Source: an uncultured virus (IMG/VR IMGVR_UViG_2540341129_000004)
Lineage: Duplodnaviria > Heunggongvirae > Uroviricota > Caudoviricetes
DNA length: 64,000 nt
Reading direction: 5' to 3' (one strand)
Virus record (IMG/VR): IMGVR_UViG_2540341129_000004
Of the stretch, positions 41,606 to 51,516 are shown piece after piece. The notes under the pieces were generated by a model. It had not been told where the DNA came from. It saw nothing but the letters and a program-made list of their open reading frames with translations, and did not search any database. The number at the start of each line of letters is the position of its first letter. The first letter of the stretch is position 1. The translations under genes and the position numbers were made by a program.

Positions 41606-41824
41606 ATGGTTAACTATCCAGAAAGTTTAAAAGAGGAAGCCGAAAAAATTAAAGATGAAGTAAGAAGCGGCAAATTAGACGAGGGGAAAATAAAAGCCAT
41701 TGCTAAGTCTGCGGTTGAGTTTTTAAGATCTCAAGAAAAGAGTCATGCTCATTGTGCAGAAGTTGCTGGAGCGATTGCTGCAAACCTAGATGAGTTCTTC
41801 AAGTCTTATCTAAAAAAGGATTAA
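41606..41824 (+). CDS. Hypothetical protein (YorV-like size)
   Basis: SD GAGGTGA. Confidence 0.6.
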   Translation: MVNYPESLKEEAEKIKDEVRSGKLDEGKIKAIAKSAVEFLRSQEKSHAHCAEVAGAIAANLDEFFKSYLKKD

Positions 41825-41861
41825 TACAACAGGATAACAAGAAAGGATAAAGGGATGTTTA

Positions 41862-42086
41862 TTGAAAAGGTACTATGTTAGATGTAAAGATCACAAAGGC
41901 GAAAACGCGTCTTTGGTAATTGAAGCAACGTCTACAGAAGAGGCTAAACGGAAGGCATTAGACATACATAAGGTAAAGACTGTTTATAACGTGAGCATTG
42001 GGGAAGGTAAGGAGACAAATTACCTTCAGAGAAGACATTCGCCGTACATAAAGAATGACAACGGGAAAGCTATAATCATATTCTAG
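41862..42086 (+). CDS. Hypothetical protein
   Basis: ORF. Confidence 0.55.
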   Translation: MKRYYVRCKDHKGENASLVIEATSTEEAKRKALDIHKVKTVYNVSIGEGKETNYLQRRHSPYIKNDNGKAIIIF

Positions 42087-42287
42087 TAGAGGAGGTTTCG
42101 GGTAATTAGGGATATTGCCAGGGATATCATTAATAATGACGTAGATGAGATTGAGGAGATACTGGATAAGCTTTGGGTTTACTTAGAGAACAATTTAAGG
42201 CCAGAGGATGACCGTATATGGAAAAGGTGTGATTCGGATATTTTGGCTGCAACAGTAAAGCTAAGAAATTTAAAAGAAACTTTTTGA

Positions 42288-42336
42288 GAATAAAAATAAA
42301 ATAGTTGTTGATTGTTCGAGAGAATGCGAGTATATT
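42288..42336 (+). promoter_or_regulatory. SigA promoter with SPBRE-like box
   Basis: GAATAAAAATAAAAT, then TTGATT-17nt-TATATT. Confidence 0.65.
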
Positions 42337-42362
42337 AGAAATATAAGAATCGAGGTGATGCA

Positions 42363-42548
42363 TTGGAGTGTGTTAAATGCAAGGATCACATTGGCAACAT
42401 CGTATATTACATAAGAATATCCGACAACAAAGAATACAGGGAATTCCCGGTACACAAAGAATGCGGAGAAGCAATCAAGAAAGAATGCATTGAGAAGTGT
42501 GAAGACATGAAATTAGAAAAGACATTGGATTACTTGCAGTTACTTTAA
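42363..42548 (+). CDS. Small Zn-finger protein
   Basis: CVKC...HKEC. Confidence 0.6.
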   Translation: MECVKCKDHIGNIVYYIRISDNKEYREFPVHKECGEAIKKECIEKCEDMKLEKTLDYLQLL

Positions 42549-42604
42549 GAATAAAAATAAAATATTCCTTTTATAGAGAATCAAATGAAATGGAGAGATG
42601 TTAA

Positions 42605-42868
42605 ATGAAACAAGAACAATGGGTAGTAGTGGTTAGACGTGATGGGGAGACAAATAAAGGCAGAGTGTACAACAACTTTGTCACAGGAGAAGATTTGATT
42701 TTTGATTCTCTGGAAGTGGCAGAAAAGTTTGCATTGAGGGTTGAGAAAGAAGGAAGAGGAATCTGGACATTAGTGGAACCGTATAGCAAGCATGTATTAA
42801 CTGAAAAAGCCTTTGATGATAGCTTTGTGGCTACAATGAAAGCTAATCGCGAATCAACTCATGAGTAG
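42605..42868 (+). CDS. Hypothetical protein
   Basis: ORF with SD. Confidence 0.6.
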   Translation: MKQEQWVVVVRRDGETNKGRVYNNFVTGEDLIFDSLEVAEKFALRVEKEGRGIWTLVEPYSKHVLTEKAFDDSFVATMKANRESTHE

Positions 42869-43162
42869 ATAAGGAGATAATGTGCGATGAATGTAATTTC
42901 ATATTTGATACTGGGTCTGATCTTGTTCGGATCAATATTCTTAGGCAATGGAATGGCATGTTTGGTTGAGAATAAGAACTTTAAAGAAGGCAAACCATTT
43001 TATCTTACGGTTTTCTTAATCGGAGGATGTTCACTCCTTCTCGGAGTTATTCTTATAGTGATATGAACAAGAGCAAGGAAAATGTTCAGAAGGAATATTC
43101 ATAATTTCCCGGGCAAGCGCAGTATACGACAAATCAAAACAAATAATGAGGAGAGAATAATC

Positions 43163-43369
43163 ATGAACAATGAAAAATGGGTAGTTGAGGTCTATGCAGG
43201 TAAAGAATTCGTTGGAAAGATGACTGGCTTAGATGGAAAGTTAGCAGTATTTAATAAAGGAGAGCAAGCAATGACTGCAGCTCAAGAACTGAAAGCAGGA
43301 GGCTCATTAGGAGTATGGTGCAAGCTTGCAAAACTGGATGGGTGTGAAAATATTGCAGCTAGTCATTAA
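43163..43369 (+). CDS. Hypothetical protein
   Basis: SD GAGGAG. Confidence 0.55.
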   Translation: MNNEKWVVEVYAGKEFVGKMTGLDGKLAVFNKGEQAMTAAQELKAGGSLGVWCKLAKLDGCENIAASH

Positions 43370-43529
43370 CATTCTTGAAATCACGGGTCTTTTGTTGATT
43401 GGAATAGTTTCACTAGATACATATGGAACTAAAAGGAGAATAAAACCTCAAATAGCTCTAGGATTATTAGTTCTAGCTGGTTTGTTATTCTTGGCAGGTT
43501 TGGTTTTACTGATTATCAACAATGTCTAA
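43344..43529 (+). CDS. Small two-TM membrane protein
   Basis: Two hydrophobic helices. Confidence 0.55.
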   Translation: MKILQLVINILEITGLLLIGIVSLDTYGTKRRIKPQIALGLLVLAGLLFLAGLVLLIINNV

Positions 43530-43887
43530 ATAAAATTCAATTTTTTTTTATAAAGAAAGGAGAAAACCATGAGAGACATTACATCCGAATTCACATTAAG
43601 AGGAGTAAACAGAAAAACTCTGAAACTCCTGGCAACTAAGAGTATTGATTATCCAGATACATGGGTAAAAGTGCAAATTGGAGATCAAATGGCAGAAGTT
43701 GAGGCCAAACAACTATTGGTGGCAATAACGGCATTTAATGAAATGTGAGAAGGGGGGTAACTGAAATGCAGGATAAATTAACGTCAACAATTCACTTTAT
43801 TGAGGTCAATCGGGATGAAATGGGTGACAAGAAATCACTAAACATGCTTTTAAAAGCCTTAAAGAAAATCATCAATGAGGAAGAAAA

Positions 43888-44208
43888 ATGAGGTTTCACA
43901 TACTTGAAGAGAAACAAATGAGGGATATCGGTTTTACAGATCACGTGAAATCAAAGTGGTACTTCATAAAAACAATCCAGCCTAACATCACCTTTAATTT
44001 AACAATACATAAAAACAGTCTAAAAGGTGAAATTGATGTTCTAAATGAAAGATGTTTGCAACCTTATGATTATCAGTACTACATGAATGCTAACACAAGA
44101 GAAAAACTTGAATTTCCACATATCATACATGATAAAGTCCAAGAAATTATGTCCTACTTAATTGAAGAGGGAATTATCTCAGATTACACATTAGGCAGTT
44201 ACATTTAA
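43888..44208 (+). CDS. Hypothetical protein
   Basis: ORF with SD. Confidence 0.6.
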   Translation: MRFHILEEKQMRDIGFTDHVKSKWYFIKTIQPNITFNLTIHKNSLKGEIDVLNERCLQPYDYQYYMNANTREKLEFPHIIHDKVQEIMSYLIEEGIISDYTLGSYI

Positions 44209-44220
44209 GGAGGTGAATAA

Positions 44221-44628
44221 GTGGTACGCCATAAAGCAACATTTGAAGGGAAGATAATCAAGAAAAGTTGGACATTAGGTCTATGTGATGCCCTTATCCC
44301 AATTGAACAGCAATGTGAATATCAGACATTTTTTGAAGGAGTCATCGACTTAGACCCAATTGAAGTCGGAGGGAAAGTGTATATCCCAGGGTTTAACGAA
44401 TATGTAGTCGTAACAGACAGGCAGCGCAACACAAAAAATGAATGGACATATCAGACTGACAAGGTAATTAAAACAATTGAAGATAAAGAGAGCCTTGAAA
44501 AAGCGATTCAAACACAAGAAGAAATACAGAAATGGAATCAACAAGTTAAAGAAAACTATGAACGCTTTAAAGAGGAAGAAGAAAAACGTAAAGCTTCTTG
44601 GTGGAAGAGGCTAATTAAAAAAGACTAA
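44221..44628 (+). CDS. YosD-like hypothetical protein
   Basis: SD AAGGAGGTGA; synteny. Confidence 0.6.
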   Translation: MVRHKATFEGKIIKKSWTLGLCDALIPIEQQCEYQTFFEGVIDLDPIEVGGKVYIPGFNEYVVVTDRQRNTKNEWTYQTDKVIKTIEDKESLEKAIQTQEEIQKWNQQVKENYERFKEEEEKRKASWWKRLIKKD

Positions 44629-44642
44629 AGGAGAGATATTTA

Positions 44643-44990
44643 TTGAATAAGGATGCAAAAGATGTTTGGAACGGTTTCTTTATCGGATCAGGTTCTCTGG
44701 TTGTAGTTGGGTTACTCATTTTTGTTGAAGCATTGACTATGTCACTAGTTGTCTATTATGGATTGAATCACGTATTAAATCCTTTGCTTATTGATACATA
44801 CAACATTCAAAATGTCCATGTCACTTTACCTCATTCATTTGTTATTGGTGTTTTACTCAACGTATTTGTCAAAGGTGTAAAACGGTCAGATCAGGAAAAA
44901 GATGAGAACATTTTAAAGAAAGCCGGTAAGTCTTTACTTCATTCAGCTTTTGCATTGATTGTTCTGTATGTCAGTACATTGTTTATTTAA
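44643..44990 (+). CDS. YosE-like membrane protein
   Basis: 115 aa, three hydrophobic segments. Confidence 0.6.
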   Translation: MNKDAKDVWNGFFIGSGSLVVVGLLIFVEALTMSLVVYYGLNHVLNPLLIDTYNIQNVHVTLPHSFVIGVLLNVFVKGVKRSDQEKDENILKKAGKSLLHSAFALIVLYVSTLFI

Positions 44991-45034
44991 CGAGGAGAAA
45001 CTTGCATGAACTTAAATACATGGAGAGTGATGTT

Positions 45035-45340
45035 ATGGAATTAACAAAGAAGATTACAACAGCTAGAGGTACATATGAAATTAAATTGTTAGTTGAAGAA
45101 GGAAAAATTTTAAGATGGAACATCCTGGAATGGGAGGTTAAGGATCTTGCTACGGGGAGTATACTGGCTGCGGGGAATGGAGTCCCTGGATTAGCCATGC
45201 AGTTAGATTTAGGGAAATTGAGTTTAATAACACAAGTTAAAAAAATTATTGAAAAAGTAGAAGCGGATGAATTGCGAAAGAAAAATAGGAAGGAAGACAT
45301 TGAAGAATTTAATGGCTGGAGCGGTGTTCTGAACGCATAA
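45035..45340 (+). CDS. Hypothetical protein
   Basis: ORF with SD. Confidence 0.6.
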   Translation: MELTKKITTARGTYEIKLLVEEGKILRWNILEWEVKDLATGSILAAGNGVPGLAMQLDLGKLSLITQVKKIIEKVEADELRKKNRKEDIEEFNGWSGVLNA

Positions 45341-45366
45341 CTGGATAAAGATTGAGGAGGATTGTA

Positions 45367-45738
45367 ATGAGAGGAATAAAGTTCCGTTCTTGGATTAAGG
45401 ACAAAAAAGAGATGATTTATGAATTTACTTTAAAGCAGCCAACGACCAGTCATTGTAAGAAAAACATCCTTATGCAGTACACGGGACTTAAGGATAAGTA
45501 CGGTCGGCATATTTATGAGGGGGACATCATCCAAACATCTTATATGAAAACTAGAGGTTGCGCTTACCGTTGTGTTTTCTCTGCAGAGTTCGGCGGATAC
45601 TTATTTGAGCCTTTTGTTATTGGAGATAAAGATGCTCCTCTAATAGGTGTCGAGGAATTTGCCCAACAGTGGGAAGATGTCAAACACGGTGAAGTTATCG
45701 GAAATATTTATGAAGATCCAGAGATTTTAAGTAATTGA
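45367..45738 (+). CDS. YopX-family protein (second copy)
   Basis: IKFRSW...MQYTGLKDK..IYEGDI...EVIGNIYE. Confidence 0.88.
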   Translation: MRGIKFRSWIKDKKEMIYEFTLKQPTTSHCKKNILMQYTGLKDKYGRHIYEGDIIQTSYMKTRGCAYRCVFSAEFGGYLFEPFVIGDKDAPLIGVEEFAQQWEDVKHGEVIGNIYEDPEILSN

Positions 45739-45775
45739 ATAAAAGTTTTATTTTAAACAGAAGAGGAGTTTTAAT

Positions 45776-46105
45776 ATGACAAACGTAAACATTACCTTTT
45801 ATACGGAAAAGGTAAATAAATATCTGGCAAATGAGTATCGATTAATAACTGAAATAACCTCAAAAGCTAAAGAAGAAAATGATGAGCTTCTTCTTTTGAG
45901 AGTTTCAGAGGCAGATGTAGAAAAGGTAAAGGACTGTCTGAATACTGGTAAACGGGTCATTCTTAAACTGAAAGAAGACAAGGATGAAAATGAGAAGTGG
46001 TTCAAACTAATTCAATTTAAAGCAGAATATTTAGCAATGTTCATTTGTAAAGCTTCATTAAATCTAGAAGAAATCTTAGGGGTGCAAATTGACATAAAAA
46101 GATGA
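45776..46105 (+). CDS. Hypothetical protein
   Basis: ORF bounded by palindromic sites. Confidence 0.6.
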   Translation: MTNVNITFYTEKVNKYLANEYRLITEITSKAKEENDELLLLRVSEADVEKVKDCLNTGKRVILKLKEDKDENEKWFKLIQFKAEYLAMFICKASLNLEEILGVQIDIKR

Positions 46106-46130
46106 TTTTAAAGGGATAAGGAGGAAGCAA

Positions 46131-46508
46131 ATGTATTTTATAACAGAACCGAATGATCTGGTTGGCAAAGAAATTGGATTTATTCATGCAAACCGATTTT
46201 GTGATAGCACTACAATCGTAACCAAAGATGGTGGAGTGTTGATAGTAAAACAGGTTTTTGATTTGGACGAAGATCAAACCAATACCATTGTATTTAATGA
46301 ATGCCGGGCAAAAAAAGAGCTATATGAGAACAGATATGCAAAACATGAACTTAATAGACTAAAAATCATTACAAAAAAGGATTGGGCTGATTATGAGCTG
46401 AAGATTAAAAAAGCAGAAGAAGCTCGTCAAATTGAATACCAGAAGAAAAAAGAAGAGCAGGAAAGATTAGAATATGAACGACTAAAACTGAAATTTGAGG
46501 GGCAATAA
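46131..46508 (+). CDS. Hypothetical protein
   Basis: SD AAGGAGG. Confidence 0.65.
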   Translation: MYFITEPNDLVGKEIGFIHANRFCDSTTIVTKDGGVLIVKQVFDLDEDQTNTIVFNECRAKKELYENRYAKHELNRLKIITKKDWADYELKIKKAEEARQIEYQKKKEEQERLEYERLKLKFEGQ

Positions 46509-46514
46509 ATTCAA

Positions 46515-46727
46515 ATGGATACATACGAAGTAGTCGGTTGCTGGTTTAGACATTATAAAGGCGGTCTGTATAAGGTTATAGGAGAGGTCATTCACACTGA
46601 AACAGAAGAAAAGCTGGTTACATATGAAGATCAATACGCTGTTCTTTGGGCAAGACCTAAAGAAATGTTCTTTGGAAAAGTGATTATTGATGGCAAAAAG
46701 ATTAAGAGATTCACAAAAATAGATTAA
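46515..46727 (+). CDS. DUF1653-family protein
   Basis: RHYKGGLY...HTET...WARPKEMF. Confidence 0.8.
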   Translation: MDTYEVVGCWFRHYKGGLYKVIGEVIHTETEEKLVTYEDQYAVLWARPKEMFFGKVIIDGKKIKRFTKID

Positions 46728-46742
46728 AAGGAGCATTAAGCT

Positions 46743-47210
46743 ATGGGAATTAAAGCAGCAGTTTTTGAAATAAAAGCAGCTTGTTACGCTCATAAAGGAT
46801 TTAATGACGAAAGTCCATCTGTTCAAGGGGCTGCGTTAGAACAACTAGGCAAGGACATCGTAAATCATTTGCTCGAAAACGGTGTTGATGATGTGAAAAT
46901 TAAAGGCGATTACGTTGAGGAATTGGAAGTTGAGAAGCCCGTTATGAAGTACTTCGAAGTGAGAGATCCCTATTATGCGTTAATTAAAGCTTATACAAAA
47001 GAAAAGGCAATGACGCTATATACAAAAGAAGTTGCTGATGATGACGGAGAATTAAGTGATGAGATGACTGAAGTTGGGTAAGTTTATGCGGCAATACGAC
47101 AAGGAAGGGCACTAGGAGAAGATAAAGAGCTTATGCCGTTTAAACAGGTTCTAGAAGAGATTTCTAATGATGAAGAAATGGTATTACTTATCGAGGGCAA
47201 TTTACTTTAA
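46743..47210 (+). pseudogene. YosH-like gene with premature stop at 47079-47081
   Basis: Frame stays open after TAA (VYAAIRQGRALGEDKELM...GNLL) to 47210. Confidence 0.5.
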
Positions 47211-47239
47211 CGGATAAAAATACAAGGAGGTGAACTCAT

Positions 47240-47485
47240 TTGGGAATAAGTCAAAGACAGGGAAAATATATCATGGAATCGATTAATGAAACAAATTCAA
47301 TTGCAGAAATAATTGGTCATGATAAAGCTGTCAGTGAAGTGTTGCTTCTATTGCAGGAAAGAGTGTTGCTTCTTCAAAGCCAATACGATTATGAAGAAGT
47401 GGAAATAAGATTAAATGAGCTCATGGAGCTGTATGAAAGCATCAATAAACTTCATAGAACAGGAAAGGATGATGAAAATGAATAA
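47240..47485 (+). CDS. Hypothetical protein
   Basis: SD AAGGAGGTGA. Confidence 0.6.
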   Translation: MGISQRQGKYIMESINETNSIAEIIGHDKAVSEVLLLLQERVLLLQSQYDYEEVEIRLNELMELYESINKLHRTGKDDENE

Positions 47486-47612
47486 AAAATACGGACTTTA
47501 TTGCATGGGAACACTTGTTAACACTTATGATGACGCTATTGAGGCTCATAATGATGCTGTATATGCTCAAGAAGAAAGCGGAGTACCGCATGAAGTAAGA
47601 GAAATTCAATAA
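47478..47612 (+). CDS. 44-aa hypothetical protein (YosI-like)
   Basis: ORF, synteny. Confidence 0.5.
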   Translation: MNKKYGLYCMGTLVNTYDDAIEAHNDAVYAQEESGVPHEVREIQ

Positions 47613-47632
47613 AAATAAGAGGAGGATATTAT

Positions 47633-47827
47633 ATGATTCAAGGGTTTTATAAAGATCAGAAACTTCACCTTCTAGAAGATCCTATGCAGCAGTACACCGT
47701 CATGAAAGTTGAAGAAAATGCAGTATGTGTTTACCGGTGGATCGATGATTATAGACACAAGATTGAAAGATTCACAGATGTTGAAGAGGCTAAAAAACTC
47801 CTTGGAGAAGGGTGGCCGAAACAATAA
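47633..47827 (+). CDS. YosJ-like hypothetical protein
   Basis: 64 aa, SD GAGGAGG. Confidence 0.6.
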   Translation: MIQGFYKDQKLHLLEDPMQQYTVMKVEENAVCVYRWIDDYRHKIERFTDVEEAKKLLGEGWPKQ

Positions 47828-47877
47828 CAAAGGAAGACACAATGAAATTTATGCAGAAACAATTGGAGGACGAATAG

Positions 47878-48078
47878 ATGTCGCAAAGTAACTATAGACC
47901 GTCAGTTCCTAGATGGGTTGGCGATATACTAGAGCTAGACAAGAAAAGAAGACAAAATCAGTACAGAGGCTCACTAACGTCAGGTCAAGAGAAGAAGGAC
48001 TGGGACGAGTGGAAGCGTAGATATTCAAGAAAATTAAAGTACGCAAGATTAAACGGATGGACGATCGAAGAAGAGTGA
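47878..48078 (+). CDS. YosK-like hypothetical protein
   Basis: 66 aa, SD GGAGG. Confidence 0.6.
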   Translation: MSQSNYRPSVPRWVGDILELDKKRRQNQYRGSLTSGQEKKDWDEWKRRYSRKLKYARLNGWTIEEE

Positions 48079-48320
48079 CAATTCCTAAGGAGGACGAATA
48101 GATACGGCTTGAATCTAGATAAAATCACAGTTTCATAGGAAGGGGAAACAAAATGAGTGCAGCAAGAAAGTGGAGAGATTTGAGAAGTAAGCTAATTGGA
48201 TATAAGGCATTCGGTAAGTTCAGTGATGTTGTTATTGACCATATTCTCAATGATATGGATGAGTTGGACGTAAGACACGAAAAAGATAAAAACAAAAAAT
48301 AGAGAAAAGGGAGTTGTGGA

Positions 48321-48677
48321 ATGGGAGCTGCTAAACAGTTATACGTGAAGCGTAGTGACTTGGTGATTTTAGATGATGCGAAAGATAATACGAAAATACA
48401 TATGCAAAATGGTGAGTCGTTTACGGTTTTTAAAGGAGAGCTTATTGCAACTGACTTAGATGGAAACCAAATGGTTATCCCGCAGAGTCAAAAGCATAAA
48501 TATATACCAGTTGATTTGGAGATGGAGGACTTATCCCCTCTTAGAGCTAAGATGGCCAAAGGCTATGCTGAGATGACTGAGATCAATTTAGAAATGTCTG
48601 AAGCTTTCCATCATGCTGAAAATGAAGCAGAAACAACCACCAACACCTTGGTTAACGGGGAATATAAAGAATATTGA
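48321..48677 (+). CDS. yosL: YosL, MazE-like C-terminal MazF inhibitor
   Basis: MAKGYAEMTEINLEMSEAFHHAENEAETT resembles the MazE C-terminus and AimX; directly upstream of nrdI. Confidence 0.85.
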   Translation: MGAAKQLYVKRSDLVILDDAKDNTKIHMQNGESFTVFKGELIATDLDGNQMVIPQSQKHKYIPVDLEMEDLSPLRAKMAKGYAEMTEINLEMSEAFHHAENEAETTTNTLVNGEYKEY

Positions 48678-49069
48678 TTATTACATATGAAAGCAAGACC
48701 GGTAATGTGAAAAGGTTTGCTCAAGCATTGCAAAGGGAGTTAAACTTCGACATCATTGAAATTACAGATGATTTAATTGTTGATGAAGAATTCATACATA
48801 TTACATATACGATAGGCTTTGGGGAAGTGCCCGAAAGGACTTTGAATTTTATTATTAAGAATAAAAATAAAATAAAAGGAGTTGCTGTGAGTGGTAACAA
48901 GATTTGGGGTGATAACTATGGTTTAGCTGGGGACAAGCTTTCAGCAATGTTCCACGTACCATTGTTATTAAAGTTTGAACTAAGTGGAACAAAACAAGAT
49001 TTGCAGAAGATTAATCGGGAGGTACAACTTATTGACAAACACAATACCAAAGTGGATCAAGCTCAATAA
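48674..49069 (+). CDS. nrdI: Class Ib RNR flavodoxin NrdI
   Basis: YESKTGNVKRF, TYTIGFG, SGNKIWG, FELSGT. Confidence 0.93.
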   Translation: MIITYESKTGNVKRFAQALQRELNFDIIEITDDLIVDEEFIHITYTIGFGEVPERTLNFIIKNKNKIKGVAVSGNKIWGDNYGLAGDKLSAMFHVPLLLKFELSGTKQDLQKINREVQLIDKHNTKVDQAQ

Positions 49070-51131
49070 TGAGATCATGATTCAGAAAGACGGTAAGTTT
49101 CAATTTGAGAAGGATAAGGAGGCTGTACACAGCTACTTTGTAGACTATATCAATCAAAACACAGTCTTTTTCCATGATTTAAAAGAGAAACTGGATTATC
49201 TGATTAAAAATGATTATTACGAAGAAGAATTCTTAAGCGAATACACATTTGAGCAGATTAAATCGATTTTTAAAATTGCTTACAGTTACAAATTCAGATT
49301 TCCATCTTTCATGAGTGCTTTTAAGTTCTACAATGACTATGCATTGAAGACAAACGACAAAACAAAGATTCTGGAAAGATATGAGGATCGTGTCTCAATT
49401 GTAGCTCTGTATTGTGCAGATGGTGATTATGAAAAGGCTATTGAGGAAGTACACGCCATGATGAGACAAGAGTATCAGCCGGCAACACCTACTTTTCTTA
49501 ATGCGGGACGTAAGCGAAGAGGCGAAATGGTGAGCTGTTTCTTACTTGAAGTAGGCGACAGTTTGAATGATATTTCACGTGCTATTGATACCTCTATGCA
49601 GCTTTCTAAGCTAGGTGGAGGAGTAGCATTGAATCTAAACAAACTAAGAGCCAAGGGTGAAGCAATTAAAGACGTAGAGAATGCAACTAAAGGTGTCGTA
49701 GGTGTTATGAAGCTATTGGATAATGCTTTTAGATATGCCGATCAAATGGGACAAAGGCAAGGGTCTGGAGCAGCTTATCTAAGTGTATTCCATCCAGATA
49801 TTACAGATTTCCTGGATACCAAAAAAATCTCAGCAGATGAAGATGTCCGAGTTAAAACACTGTCTATTGGTGTAGTGCTTCCTGATAAATTCATTGAATT
49901 GGCAAGAGAAGATAAGGATTTTTACATGTTCTATCCTCATTCAGTTTACAAAGAATATGGACAGTATCTTGATGAGATGGATATCAACAAAATGTATGAT
50001 GAGCTTGTTGAAAACCCTAGGGTTAGAAAAGCAAAAGGGAATGCTCGAAAGCTGTTAGAGCAATTGGCCATTCTAAGAAGTGAATCTGGCTATCCTTATA
50101 TCATGTTTTCTGACAATGTAAATAAGGTACATCCAAATGAACACATTTCAAAAGTGAAGTTTTCTAATTTGTGCTCTGAAGTCCTCCAAGCATCACAAGT
50201 GTCAGTCTATACAGATTACGATCAGGAAGACGAAATTGGTTTAGATATCTCATGTAATCTTGGATCCATGAACATTGTAAACGTAATGAGCAATCAATCA
50301 ATTGCCTCAACGGTCAGAATAGCAATTGACTCGCTGACAACTGTTACAAGGAAAACAAACATTGTAAATGCCCCAGCTGTTGCGAGAGCAAATACACTAA
50401 TGAGATCAATTGGCTTAGGGCAGATGAATCTCCATGGTTTTTTGGCTCAAAATAAAATCGCTTATGAAAGTGAAGAAGCTAAGGACTTTGCAAATACATA
50501 CTTTATGATGGTTAACTTCTACTCCCTGCAACGTTCAATGGAAATTGCAAAAGAAACAGGGGAGACTTACTACAAGTTTGATGGATCAACCTACAAATCA
50601 GGCGAGTATTTTGAGAAGTACGTGACAAATGATTATAGCCCTAAATATGAAAAGGTTAAAATCCTGTTTGGAGATCAACATATTCCTAACATTGAAGATT
50701 GGATGAAGCTTAAAGAGGATGTTATGAAATATGGCTTGTATCATTCATATAGACAGGCTGTGGCACCTACCGGTAGCATCTCATATGTTCAATCATCTAC
50801 TGCCGGTGTAATGCCTATTATGGAGAGAATCGAGGAACGTACATACGGAAACAGTAAGACATATTATCCGATGCCAGGTTTATCGGCTCAGAACTGGTTC
50901 TTTTTTAAGGAAGCATACGACATGGATATGTTTAAGGTAGTTGATCTCATTGCGACTATTCAGCAGCACGTCGATCAGGGGATTTCATTTACCTTGTTCT
51001 TAAAGGATACGATGACGACAAGAGACCTAAATAGAATAGATCTCTACGCTCATCATAAAGGAATTAAAACACTGTATTATGCAAGAACAAAGGATACGAC
51101 TCAAGAAGGGTGTCTTAGTTGCGTTGTTTAA
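49032..51131 (+). CDS. nrdE: Class Ib ribonucleotide reductase alpha subunit, uninterrupted
   Basis: QPATPTFLNAG, SCF, SNLCSE, APTGSIS, CLSCVV; 699 aa from TTG. Confidence 0.96.
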   Translation: MTNTIPKWIKLNNEIMIQKDGKFQFEKDKEAVHSYFVDYINQNTVFFHDLKEKLDYLIKNDYYEEEFLSEYTFEQIKSIFKIAYSYKFRFPSFMSAFKFYNDYALKTNDKTKILERYEDRVSIVALYCADGDYEKAIEEVHAMMRQEYQPATPTFLNAGRKRRGEMVSCFLLEVGDSLNDISRAIDTSMQLSKLGGGVALNLNKLRAKGEAIKDVENATKGVVGVMKLLDNAFRYADQMGQRQGSGAAYLSVFHPDITDFLDTKKISADEDVRVKTLSIGVVLPDKFIELAREDKDFYMFYPHSVYKEYGQYLDEMDINKMYDELVENPRVRKAKGNARKLLEQLAILRSESGYPYIMFSDNVNKVHPNEHISKVKFSNLCSEVLQASQVSVYTDYDQEDEIGLDISCNLGSMNIVNVMSNQSIASTVRIAIDSLTTVTRKTNIVNAPAVARANTLMRSIGLGQMNLHGFLAQNKIAYESEEAKDFANTYFMMVNFYSLQRSMEIAKETGETYYKFDGSTYKSGEYFEKYVTNDYSPKYEKVKILFGDQHIPNIEDWMKLKEDVMKYGLYHSYRQAVAPTGSISYVQSSTAGVMPIMERIEERTYGNSKTYYPMPGLSAQNWFFFKEAYDMDMFKVVDLIATIQQHVDQGISFTLFLKDTMTTRDLNRIDLYAHHKGIKTLYYARTKDTTQEGCLSCVV

Positions 51132-51453
51132 AGAATGAGTCTCGCTCTTCATCTGAAGGAGCTACTTTATAGGTGAATGTTCCATTATCATCGTTTATCT
51201 CAAATTCTGGCCAAGGTAACTTAGCGTATTCGTTTGCAATAGTGTTAGGATCTCCTTTTTTTATATATTCAAGACCAACGCGAGAACCGTTTCTAGGTTT
51301 TGGCTTAACAAGATACGACTTGGCAGACTCAAAGCAATGAATCATAAAAATAATAGATTTTTTCTCTTGGATGTTCATAGAGTCAATTTTAATTGGATAA
51401 ATAACAGTATTACCGCAAGGAGTTTCAGAAGGTAGAGCTCCAGAAATAAACAA
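51115..51453 (-). CDS. Hypothetical antisense protein inserted between nrdE and nrdF
   Basis: 112-aa ORF with SD AGAGG. Confidence 0.55.
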   Translation of the reverse strand: MFISGALPSETPCGNTVIYPIKIDSMNIQEKKSIIFMIHCFESAKSYLVKPKPRNGSRVGLEYIKKGDPNTIANEYAKLPWPEFEINDDNGTFTYKVAPSDEERDSFFKQRN

Positions 51454-51516
51454 TACAAAAACCTCTTTTCATTTTATTTATGATAATTATAGCAAATAAC
51501 AGGGGAGGAAAATCTC

